DNA of 63,558 nucleotides, filler included, from Candidatus Methanoxibalbensis ujae (lineage in GTDB: Archaea; Halobacteriota; Syntropharchaeia; Alkanophagales; Methanospirareceae), in assembly GCA_026134085.1 (NCBI GenBank). It is 7 parts of 7 records of this genome, joined end to end, with 100 filler letters (N's around TTAATTAATTAA, not from the genome) between each part and the next. Parts side by side here need not be neighbours in the genome. Positions count along the whole stretch, not along the records: positions 21,135 to 31,016 come from JAOQIN010000056.1; positions 31,117 to 40,177 come from JAOQIN010000057.1; 5 more parts are not named here. One strand, written 5' to 3'. A model generated the notes under the pieces. It worked only from the letters and a program-made list of their open reading frames with translations. It was not told the origin of the DNA and searched no databases. The position numbers and the translations under genes are program-made. This document shows positions 29,635 through 37,894 of this stretch, one piece after another. The first letter of the stretch is position 1. Every line of letters begins with the position of its first letter.

Positions 29635-30024
29635 TTAATATAGCCAAATTCTGGGATGTGGCTTTGTTAAGTCTATGTCTATATGAACAAAATTTCTAGC
29701 AATCCCTATGCGTGGAATTCTAAAGAAAATAAGAATGCCTATGAGATGATATAGGTACTCCCTATTTGGATAATAAATATCAACCGCTTTCCCCTTCAAA
29801 TGCGCACTATTCCTTTTTCCTCCAACCTTTTTGTTCCAAGAAGGACAACGATAACCTGATGTAATTCTGATTGGTCTCCCTAATTCGTACCTGATTCTAT
29901 CAAGGAGCTGCACAAGCTCAGGATCAATGATTAGTTTACCGCAGCAAGGACACTTAAACTCTTTCGGTCTAAAAAAATTTATTTCCTCCCAATTAACCGG
30001 CGGATACTCTATTTTTTTAGGCAT
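29635..30024 (-). CDS. Peptidase M15A family zinc peptidase (putative endolysin)
   Basis: FRPKEFKCPCCG, ITSGYRCPSWN, SAHLKGKAVD (SxHxxxxAxD), FVHID. Confidence 0.92.
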   Translation of the reverse strand: MPKKIEYPPVNWEEINFFRPKEFKCPCCGKLIIDPELVQLLDRIRYELGRPIRITSGYRCPSWNKKVGGKRNSAHLKGKAVDIYYPNREYLYHLIGILIFFRIPRIGIARNFVHIDIDLTKPHPRIWLY

Positions 30025-30033
30025 ATTTGAAGA

Positions 30034-30192
30034 TTACTTCTCTTTACATATATCATTCAATATGTACTCAAGAAGCCTAACCATCCAATCATCAATTGGA
30101 CTTTCTGTAGAATTTGCGAGCTTCTGCAACTCTGGTTGAAGTATCGGCCACAAAGTACAAATTACCTTTGCTAAAATAGTGTACTGAAACAT
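30034..30192 (-). CDS. Small lysis-associated protein candidate (52 aa; not in ORF track)
   Basis: MFQYTILAKVICTLWPILQPELQKLANSTESPIDDWMVRLLEYIL...; GGAGG RBS; directly upstream of the endolysin. Confidence 0.6.
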   Translation of the reverse strand: MFQYTILAKVICTLWPILQPELQKLANSTESPIDDWMVRLLEYILNDICKEK

Positions 30193-30202
30193 ATTCCCCT
30201 CC

Positions 30203-30709
30203 TTAAACACTACATATTGCCTTAATTAAAGCAATATATTGTTCAGGTGTTCTTGCCTTTTGTGGTAAGTTTCTTATTCTGTCCAACTCCGCAAGTACTA
30301 TAAACTTCTTTTTCCAATCTCCCCGCTTCCTTAACCAATGCCAAACCTCTTTTATTCTAGTCTTGATAAACTTATACGCTTTTCTTGCTAATATATATAA
30401 AGTTGACTTTGTGCTCAAAGTCCCATCCTTCGCCCTCGCAATCCTCCTTTTCCTCTGAATAAACCCCAAATCCTCCAGCAACCGCAAGTGGTAATTCAAA
30501 GTCCGTTTAGAAATATACACTTTGTATTTCTCTTTTAAAGTCTCAAGAATCCAATCCTGACTAGGGTAACAATAATTTTTTTTGTAATGTGCACAAAGAT
30601 TAATTAGCAACGTAAGAATTGCAATTGAATTGTGATTTAAATTTTTTACTTTTTTAGACTGAAAGGTCTTGACTTTTTCTAAGACTTTGTGAAAAATTGA
30701 ATTACTCAT
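30203..30709 (-). CDS. Winged-helix/HTH replication-initiator-like protein
   Basis: YCYPSQDWI..ISKRTLNYHLRLLEDLGFIQRKRR..STLYIL, a pattern typical of phage/plasmid Rep N-terminal HTH domains. Confidence 0.7.
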   Translation of the reverse strand: MSNSIFHKVLEKVKTFQSKKVKNLNHNSIAILTLLINLCAHYKKNYCYPSQDWILETLKEKYKVYISKRTLNYHLRLLEDLGFIQRKRRIARAKDGTLSTKSTLYILARKAYKFIKTRIKEVWHWLRKRGDWKKKFIVLAELDRIRNLPQKARTPEQYIALIKAICSV

Positions 30710-30724
30710 TTTTTCCCTCCTCTG

Positions 30725-30792
30725 AGGGAGTCTCTATTAGGTACTCTTTACCAAGTAGGGACTCCCTTGTCAATAAGGCAAAAATCGTGCCA
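30725..30792 (-). promoter_or_regulatory. Compound promoter: sigma-54 site, sigma-70 -35/-10 and palindromic operator
   Basis: TGGCAC-GATTT-TTGC (30792-30778), TTGACA (30773-30768)-N17-TAAAGA, inverted repeat AGGGAGTC..GACTCCCT (30725-30767). Confidence 0.7.
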
Positions 30793-30832
30793 ACTTTTTT
30801 CTTTCTAAACAACTTTTTTTTCTAAAAAAGAC

Positions 30833-30863
30833 CGCTAGCCGTGGCGAACAGACACGGCTAGCG
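30833..30863. repeat. Perfect 11-bp hairpin near the right terminus
   Basis: CGCTAGCCGTG-N9-CACGGCTAGCG. Confidence 0.85.
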
Positions 30864-30943
30864 CACCTTTTAGTCTATCTATATCTTATATGCGTAAGCT
30901 CTCTAAACCGATTGTTTGCAACACGTTGCAATTCGGTGAAGGG

Positions 30944-30996
30944 GTTTGCCGCCCCGCGGTTTCGCCGCTTACTGCAGGCAGCCAGCCCTCGCGTAG
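30944..30996 (-). repeat. Right terminal inverted repeat (53 bp)
   Basis: Reverse complement of 21135-21187; 20 further nt run to the contig end. Confidence 0.97.
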
Positions 30997-31016
30997 ACGG
31001 GGGCTAGGGCGTCGCT

Positions 31017-31116
31017 NNNNNNNNNNNNNNNNNNNNNNNNNNNNNNNNNNNNNNNNNNNNTTAATTAATTAANNNNNNNNNNNNNNNNNNNNNNNNNNNN
31101 NNNNNNNNNNNNNNNN
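31017..31116. other. Artificial contig spacer
   Basis: N-run + TTAATTAATTAA. Confidence 0.99.
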
Positions 31117-31244
31117 ATGAAAACGAACATGATATGGGTGTGTGAAGTTTTTGCGAAAAAGTATCAAGATGGGGCGCAATGATTGGCCCCATCTTGATAC
31201 TTTTTCGCAAAAACTTCACACACCCATATCATGTTCATTTTCAT
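31117..31244. repeat. Terminal fold-back palindrome (59-bp arms, one mismatch, 10-nt centre)
   Basis: 31117-31175 is the reverse complement of 31186-31244. Confidence 0.95.
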
Positions 31245-31440
31245 ATAGACCAAAAGCCATCCCTATATAGAACAACAAACAACAACATAGAGAAGCAAAA
31301 AACTATGGAAGCAGAAGCAAAAACAAAACTGCGTGAAAACACTTTCATCTCCATATAAAACAAAAGACAAAACTATATAGTATGAGAATGGGAGGAGTGG
31401 GGTAGGTAGTTTGACCGATAATTATTTAAGCTTCAAACAT

Positions 31441-31470
31441 CTATATAATAACGGAGGTCTATATATAAAA
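31441..31470 (+). promoter_or_regulatory. Archaeal TATA-box promoter(s) for the structural operon
   Basis: CTATATATAA occurs twice, upstream of the GAGGTGA RBS and ATG 31495. Confidence 0.55.
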
Positions 31471-31494
31471 GGTAGAAAGAGGTGATGTGAAAAA

Positions 31495-31935
31495 ATGGTT
31501 AATGTGGAAAGAGCGGCAAAAAAGAGGCGTGATCGTGTGGCTGTTGCGTCAGAAGATTATAAGGAAGGAGTTGAGACGACTGATAAGGACTGGCTTGCCA
31601 GATTTAAGGAGGCGAAAGACCGACGCAACGCTCAGCTCAGGCGAGCTATGGACTTGGGATGGTTTGAGCGCGGTGCGGAGCGAGTCGGCACAGAAGGATG
31701 GAGAGATGCTACGCTGGCAAAAGCTGACAGGTGGGCAGCCGGCGCAGCTTCTGATCTTGCGGATGAGCGCTACAAAACCGCGATGGCAGAAGTGGCGGAT
31801 TGTATTGAGAGAGCACGAAAGGCTATCGCTTCTATGCCATCAAATACGATTGAACAGAGAGCCGATCGTGCGCGCAAGTTTGCCATAGAGATGAACAAGT
31901 GTATAGAGGAGAAGAAGAGCGCTGGCAAGCTGTGA
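31495..31935 (+). CDS. Alpha-helical basic virion protein upstream of MCP
   Basis: Homologous to 26708-27142. Confidence 0.75.
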   Translation: MVNVERAAKKRRDRVAVASEDYKEGVETTDKDWLARFKEAKDRRNAQLRRAMDLGWFERGAERVGTEGWRDATLAKADRWAAGAASDLADERYKTAMAEVADCIERARKAIASMPSNTIEQRADRARKFAIEMNKCIEEKKSAGKL

Positions 31936-31964
31936 GCTTGCTCATAAAAAGGAGGTGATGTAGA

Positions 31965-32924
31965 GTGGCGCTTCAGAGCGGCTTGATGGTAAAAACTGGG
32001 CTGATGCTATCGGATGGAGCCTCAGTGAGCATAACCGCAGATACGGGCGAGAGCCTCTTGATAAAGGATGTTATAGTATGTTATCCGACAGTGGATTATG
32101 CCGACTTTTACATAGACAAGACGAGCGTTGGGAGGTTTAGAGTCAAGGGTAAACTCGGTAATCATCTGGCTCCCGCTCTCGGCAATGGCGTTCATCTTGT
32201 TGAAGGAGAAGTGGAAGCAAGAAGGAGCATGAGCATCCTCCGCTTTTTAGAAGACGCAGGCATATTTAAAGGCTTTCCAGTGGCAGAAGGTCAGACATTC
32301 AGTGTAAAGCCTGCCGATCCTGACGAGACGCTCGGCAACGCTGTTATAGTCTATGAGAAGTATGACGCAGGCGACATAACGGCAGAGAATGAGAATGGAA
32401 CAAATGCCGATACATACCTGCTTTTATCATATGGTAAGGTCTCAGCTTCGGTTAATGCTACATATGAATACAAATACGATGAGAGCGCTCTCCCAGCGGA
32501 GTTTCCGCAGTTTCCGTTTGAGGAAGTTGTGCCTGCTAAGACAGTGATTGAGGTCTACGGAATAGCAGGATCAGAAGTGATTTATTGGAAGGATGGCGCG
32601 AGCTACATATACACAACGCATCTGAAGCTGATGAAGGGGCGAGAGGTGCTTAACGACGAGGACAGGAATGGTTTAACATTTTACGGAAGGAGCGCTATGG
32701 CAGGCACAAATACGCATCACTTTGGAAGGGGACTTTCCGTGATCGGTAACCATACAGATTTAGATGTCAGGCAGCCTTTGATATTCAAGGAGCCTTTAGT
32801 TTTTGAGGCGGGCGAGGAGCTTACAGTCTCACTAAAGACGAAAAAGGAGGGGACGGAGTCAGCGATTATTGAGAAGGGATACACGGAGATCGCATTTATA
32901 GAGAAGGTCAAAAGGACGGCATAA
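31965..32924 (+). CDS. Putative double jelly-roll major capsid protein
   Basis: ADTGESLLIKD, IDKTSVGRFRVKGKLGNHL, GIFKGFPVAEGQTF, PAEFPQFPF, DEDRNGL and GEELTV all match the contig C MCP. GGAGGTGA RBS. Confidence 0.72.
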   Translation: MALQSGLMVKTGLMLSDGASVSITADTGESLLIKDVIVCYPTVDYADFYIDKTSVGRFRVKGKLGNHLAPALGNGVHLVEGEVEARRSMSILRFLEDAGIFKGFPVAEGQTFSVKPADPDETLGNAVIVYEKYDAGDITAENENGTNADTYLLLSYGKVSASVNATYEYKYDESALPAEFPQFPFEEVVPAKTVIEVYGIAGSEVIYWKDGASYIYTTHLKLMKGREVLNDEDRNGLTFYGRSAMAGTNTHHFGRGLSVIGNHTDLDVRQPLIFKEPLVFEAGEELTVSLKTKKEGTESAIIEKGYTEIAFIEKVKRTA

Positions 32925-32942
32925 AAGAAGAGGTGATGCCAA

Positions 32943-33272
32943 ATGTTCTATTATAAGGGGTTTAGGTTCACAGGAAGCGGAGATGAGAAGACGATAGTAT
33001 CACTTACTTCAACGGAGGAGGAGCCCATTCGCATTCATTCCGTTGTGCTCACATATTTCAACACATCAAACTATGCCATTCTTTACTCTTACATAGAGAG
33101 GGAGAAGGTGATAGATGAGATACGCACAAAGAATATGAGCACAGAATACAAACATGAGTTTGAGATAAACATAGATGTCCCAGTCGGTCAGACATTCTAT
33201 CTTACAGGCAAGAACGGAATATACGATCAGAACACAGAGGTTATCGGATATGTGAAGTATGAGATAAAGTAG
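32943..33272 (+). CDS. Small beta-rich virion protein (putative single jelly-roll/penton)
   Basis: Homologous to 25236-25598. Confidence 0.7.
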   Translation: MFYYKGFRFTGSGDEKTIVSLTSTEEEPIRIHSVVLTYFNTSNYAILYSYIEREKVIDEIRTKNMSTEYKHEFEINIDVPVGQTFYLTGKNGIYDQNTEVIGYVKYEIK

Positions 33273-33282
33273 GTGGGTTAAT

Positions 33283-33762
33283 ATGAAGCCTGCTTCTGTG
33301 GCAGAAATTCTACAAAGAGTAGAGGAAAAGATAGGCGAGGAGATAAAGGCATTTCCATCCCACATTCGGAGATATGGTGTAACAAACATTTTTCACCGCT
33401 CTTTTTCTTATTTATTCGCATGGGACGCTGACGATAGACCGCGCAAGGTGAGAGTTGATCAAGATGGGAGGTTAATGGTAGCTGGGCTTACACAGGCATC
33501 AGAGAGCTTGGAGTATTACGAAGGCACGGCTGGCTATAACTGGGATACTGGTATATTATTTCCAGATACAACAACGAGAGTTTACTTTTTTAAACTTGAT
33601 TATCCATATGAGGTGTATATAAGTAAAGACGGGAGCACATTTGATTATACGATAAGTATTGAATATGATAATCCTCTGATTTTAGAGATACCGATAAGAG
33701 CTGTTAAGGTCAGGCGGAAGTATGGTAATGATGCTAAGTATAAAATAATGGTGGTGTATTAA
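33283..33762 (+). CDS. Putative vertex/spike-base protein
   Basis: Homologous to 24641-25222. Confidence 0.7.
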   Translation: MKPASVAEILQRVEEKIGEEIKAFPSHIRRYGVTNIFHRSFSYLFAWDADDRPRKVRVDQDGRLMVAGLTQASESLEYYEGTAGYNWDTGILFPDTTTRVYFFKLDYPYEVYISKDGSTFDYTISIEYDNPLILEIPIRAVKVRRKYGNDAKYKIMVVY

Positions 33763-33763
33763 A

Positions 33764-34585
33764 ATGAAGAAAGGTAATCTGATAAGGAATGGAGACTTTG
33801 AGAGTGGAAGTTTAGATGAGTGGAAGGAGAGGTTTTGGGATTTAGGTTATTATACAACAGATTTTGATGTGGAAAGCGGAGTCGGTTATAATAGCGGAAA
33901 GTCTATGTATTGTGATGTAATTAGTAGTAGATATTACTACATCGGATGGGATGAAGTATTTGACATGGAGGATGTGGCTGGTTATGTCTACGGATTTTAC
34001 GCGAATCCACGCATTATAGAAGCGGACTTAAAACCAACAATATACTATTACAACGAGTTTGGTGATCATGAGCTTGCCCAGAGTTTTTACGCACATGCCA
34101 CAAGTGGATGGAAAGCTTATCAAGGATTTATACGAAAGATGAACGAATATAAGCAGATAAGTGTAGGCTTTAAGATAGAGAATGCGAGTGGAAACAATAG
34201 AGTCCGTTTAGACAAATTTTACCTCATACCAGTTTACAACATAGACGAAATAAGCTTCTCAAGAACATGGAGCAGGCGAGAAGGAGCAGGCGAGTATGAA
34301 GACGACATATACATATTCTGCGTGGGGCGATGTAATATTTGTTTCACCGCGCATGTAAATCCACATTCAATTGGAGTTGATAGTGAGGTTGATATATATG
34401 TCCGACCTCTCACGCGAGACGGGCATAAAACCTACAACAATCCAATACATTGGACGGTTACAGAAAACACATACTTTAGAATATATAGCTCGCATGATAT
34501 AGCTGGTGTAAATGTTTATACTACGATTGATGATGATGATAGCGATTATACAATAGACTATTACCTAACAATAAAACCAGAATGA
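33764..34585 (+). CDS. Putative receptor-binding protein with carbohydrate-binding-module-like domain
   Basis: N-terminal NLIRNGDFESG..W motif typical of CBM4/9-like domains; Tyr-rich beta protein. Confidence 0.65.
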   Translation: MKKGNLIRNGDFESGSLDEWKERFWDLGYYTTDFDVESGVGYNSGKSMYCDVISSRYYYIGWDEVFDMEDVAGYVYGFYANPRIIEADLKPTIYYYNEFGDHELAQSFYAHATSGWKAYQGFIRKMNEYKQISVGFKIENASGNNRVRLDKFYLIPVYNIDEISFSRTWSRREGAGEYEDDIYIFCVGRCNICFTAHVNPHSIGVDSEVDIYVRPLTRDGHKTYNNPIHWTVTENTYFRIYSSHDIAGVNVYTTIDDDDSDYTIDYYLTIKPE

Positions 34586-34598
34586 TGGTGATTGTATT

Positions 34599-34787
34599 GT
34601 GGACGGATGGACGGTGATCTGGAGTGGCATCGTGACTTTCGTTGCGGGCTATTTATTGTATATGTTCAATAGTTATAACGAGAATATCAAAAACATAGAG
34701 AGCAGATTGACTGCTTTAGAGGTAGATATTAAATACATAAAAGAAGCGATAAAAGAAATAAAAAGGAAGATGAAGGAGGAGGAATAA
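34599..34787 (+). CDS. Small membrane protein (TM + coiled coil)
   Basis: VIWSGIVTFVAGYLLYMF followed by heptads IESRLTALEVDIKYIKEAIKEIK. Confidence 0.75.
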   Translation: MDGWTVIWSGIVTFVAGYLLYMFNSYNENIKNIESRLTALEVDIKYIKEAIKEIKRKMKEEE

Positions 34788-34788
34788 A

Positions 34789-37707
34789 ATGGCAAACTTT
34801 TATTCATGTGAAACATGGTTTAAAGAGTGGGACGGAGATGTAGCTATTATTGAAGGAAAGATAAAAGCGGATAGTAGCATAAACAAGCTTACATTCTTTC
34901 TATATGAGCCATCAAGCAAGAAGAAATGGCGACGGTTTTACGACTTAAAGTTGTATAAGGAGTTTTCATGGACGGAGAGGTTTACAGGCTTAAAACCGAA
35001 CAAGAGGTATGAAGTTTATTTTTATGAAGGCAAGAAGGATGATTTTGACCCATACAACTACGACTGGAAGTGTTACACATCATTCCGCACAAAGAGCAAG
35101 CCATCACCTGAAGAAGGTGAAGAGGAAGAGCCAACACCTACCAGAGGAAGTATCAAGATAACAGGCTTTGAGAGGTCAGGCTCGCTTGTGAAGGTAAAAC
35201 TAAAGCTTACGAATTTAGAAAAAGGAGGTAAATACTGGGTCACGGTATGTGAAGGCGGAGAAGATAAAGGCATAATGGTGCTTTCGGATGTAAAGACGAC
35301 AGAGGAGACAAGTATATTATTCTTACCAGATTCATGGAGTGATAAAGCTTGTGTGTATCTATGGGGAGAAAAACCATCAGCAAAGGATTATTGTAACGGG
35401 TCTAAGGCGATAGATAATGAGTGTAAAAACTATGATTTAGAGGAGGAGCAGCCGACGCCAGTTACAGAAATAATGTTTGCCTCGTTTGAAGGCTGGGAGG
35501 ATTCAAAGTGTAAGATTAAAATAGAGTTGTCGGGATTGTATGAAGATAAACAATATAGAGTATGTATTTATCAAAACGATAAGAGATTATATGAAACATC
35601 ATTCTGGGGCACATCGTCTGGCGAGAAAGAATTAACTACTACAATAAAACCTGACGAGGTTAATAAGAATGTAGAAATATTGCTTTTTAGAGATAAGACG
35701 AAATGTTATAAACCTTCCGATTATCTCCATATTGTATATACTGCTTGCTATATTCCACAAAAAGCAGAGGCGCCGATATTTGGAGATATTTTTTCTATTG
35801 TAACTCCGCTTGTTTCCGCTATTCTTCCACCTGCGCTTTCTACACCTGCCACGCAGATTTTGAATGTAGCGGAGAATGCGGGGAGCATAGCAGAACAGGT
35901 AGGGCATACTGCGACGGTTATCTCAGATACAATAACGAAAGCAATTGAAGATAATGTTAAAAAAGCGTTGGAGAGCGGATTCACGGTTTTAAGCGATGTA
36001 GCAGTGAACGTTGAGAGCGTTTTTGGTGTAATGCGGGACTTATACAACGATTTTTTCGTGAAGTTTTTAGATGAATTCAAGTCAACGATGGGCGGAGTTT
36101 ACACATTTCTTGATTATACACAACAATATATTTATGATATTATGAGCTATGTGCTACCGAACATTGCGAATGTTATATCTGATTCATTTACGGCGCTTCC
36201 AACTTTGATGATGGGCTTTGTGGAAACATTTGAGAAAGGTTTTGTGGATATTGACGATGTGATTTATCCAGATATTAGGGAGCTTCCTATCGTGGAATAC
36301 TGGAGAAGCAAGACTAAGAAGTATGCTGGGGAGCATCCGCTCCCGCTCGCAACTATCGGCATGCTTGTTTTAGGTTCTGGAGTGGGCACGGGCATAGGCA
36401 TGGCGATGGGAGGTTTTGGGCGTGATATTCAAAACTGGATGAATGAAAACTTTCCACATAATCCTCTACCTGTTGATATTGCCTCTTTTGGACTCGCCAG
36501 AGGCGATTTAAGTTATGATAAATTTGAGAAGTATTTGAAGCAGGAAGGTTTTGATGTAGATAAGCATAAATTCATATTTGATTATTATAAGCCGAAACTT
36601 TCACCAAGTGAAATATTGACGGCATGGACTCGCAAGCTTATTGACGACGCCACAATGGAACAGATGCTTAAAGAGCATGGATTCACAGCTTTAACCGCAG
36701 AAGTATTGAAGGAGCTACACTTTTATTATCCATCTCCCACCGACTTTATCCGTTTTGCCGTGCGTGAGGTATTCACCGACGATGAAGAGACCAAAAAAGC
36801 CCTATACGCAGAATTTCCGCAGGACATAGTGGAGTATGCGGAGAAAGCGGGGATGAAAGAGGATGTCCTCAAATGGTATTGGGCGGCACATTGGGAGCTA
36901 CCATCTCCAACGCAGGTTTACGAAATGTTACATAGACTACAACCTGATGTGCTTGAGAAGCGGAAAGAAGCTTACGCAGAAATGGGGCTTGAAGAAGAGA
37001 AGCTTAAGACGGATTTAGAAACTGTTAAGTTTTATTTAAGGCAAGCAGATTATGATCTGAGGTGGCGTGATAGGCTCCTTGCTATATCATTCTCACCTTT
37101 AACGAGAGTTGATCTACGACGAGTATATCAACTCGGGCTTATTGATAGAGAAGAGCTTATTGCGCGACTTATGGAAGTTGGCTATACAAAGAAAGATGCG
37201 GAGTTGCTCGCTGTGTTTTATGATGAGCTGAAACTTCCGACTCAGCGGCAGATAACGCGGACGGTAATCAAGCGGAGTTATCAATACGGCTTTATAAGCA
37301 GAGCGGAAGCGATCAACCGTTTGAAAGACTACGGCTACACGGAAGAGGATGCGGAGTTGTTCGTGGACTTATGGGATTATGAGCTTGCGGAGAAGGACTT
37401 AAAAGACGCAATAGATTTAATTCTGGAGAAATATGAGCATCTACACATAGATCGCGATGAAGCCATATCACAACTAAAAGCGCTCGGTCTAACTGAAGAG
37501 AAAGCCGAATTACTTGTGTTAAAGAAGGAGCCCAAAAGAGTTGAGAAAGAGCACATACCGAGCATAAAATCAATTCAGAGATGGCTCCGCTACGAAATTA
37601 TAGACGAAACGAAAGCGAGAGAGCTTCTGAAACTTAGAAACATAAAGGATGAATATATTGATTATTACATAGAGGAGGCAAAGCGTGTAAGGGGGCGAGA
37701 GCTATAA
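34789..37707 (+). CDS. Large multidomain virion protein (972 aa)
   Basis: Three N-terminal beta modules with EEEPTP linkers, central amphipathic/TM region, C-terminal helical repeats. Confidence 0.8.
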   Translation: MANFYSCETWFKEWDGDVAIIEGKIKADSSINKLTFFLYEPSSKKKWRRFYDLKLYKEFSWTERFTGLKPNKRYEVYFYEGKKDDFDPYNYDWKCYTSFRTKSKPSPEEGEEEEPTPTRGSIKITGFERSGSLVKVKLKLTNLEKGGKYWVTVCEGGEDKGIMVLSDVKTTEETSILFLPDSWSDKACVYLWGEKPSAKDYCNGSKAIDNECKNYDLEEEQPTPVTEIMFASFEGWEDSKCKIKIELSGLYEDKQYRVCIYQNDKRLYETSFWGTSSGEKELTTTIKPDEVNKNVEILLFRDKTKCYKPSDYLHIVYTACYIPQKAEAPIFGDIFSIVTPLVSAILPPALSTPATQILNVAENAGSIAEQVGHTATVISDTITKAIEDNVKKALESGFTVLSDVAVNVESVFGVMRDLYNDFFVKFLDEFKSTMGGVYTFLDYTQQYIYDIMSYVLPNIANVISDSFTALPTLMMGFVETFEKGFVDIDDVIYPDIRELPIVEYWRSKTKKYAGEHPLPLATIGMLVLGSGVGTGIGMAMGGFGRDIQNWMNENFPHNPLPVDIASFGLARGDLSYDKFEKYLKQEGFDVDKHKFIFDYYKPKLSPSEILTAWTRKLIDDATMEQMLKEHGFTALTAEVLKELHFYYPSPTDFIRFAVREVFTDDEETKKALYAEFPQDIVEYAEKAGMKEDVLKWYWAAHWELPSPTQVYEMLHRLQPDVLEKRKEAYAEMGLEEEKLKTDLETVKFYLRQADYDLRWRDRLLAISFSPLTRVDLRRVYQLGLIDREELIARLMEVGYTKKDAELLAVFYDELKLPTQRQITRTVIKRSYQYGFISRAEAINRLKDYGYTEEDAELFVDLWDYELAEKDLKDAIDLILEKYEHLHIDRDEAISQLKALGLTEEKAELLVLKKEPKRVEKEHIPSIKSIQRWLRYEIIDETKARELLKLRNIKDEYIDYYIEEAKRVRGREL

Positions 37708-37844
37708 TGAACGAAGACAAAGAAGCGGAGCGGATATTGAGGAAGTGGAAGCGGGAGCGTGCTGCGGAGATAGTGGAGACCCCATACAAAGACGCTGCTT
37801 ATAGAGTGATTCTGCGCGGAGCAAGACGAATATATAAAAGATAA
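37707..37844 (+). CDS. Small basic protein (45 aa; not in ORF track)
   Basis: TAATG overlap with the previous stop codon; MNEDKEAERILRKWKRE... Confidence 0.5.
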   Translation: MNEDKEAERILRKWKRERAAEIVETPYKDAAYRVILRGARRIYKR

Positions 37845-37894
37845 TGTTTTTGAAAAAACCGAAAGTGGTTTTAAGACTATGCCCGAATAAGTAG

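Larger units (their letters stand above)
21135..31016 (-). mobile_element. Virus contig C: ~9.9-kb tailless (probable DJR-capsid) virus/plasmid-virus, likely near-complete, bacterial-type
   Basis: Terminal inverted repeats, all genes on one strand, capsid module homologous to contig D, endolysin, ParB, HTH Rep-like gene, bacterial promoters and terminator. Confidence 0.85.
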
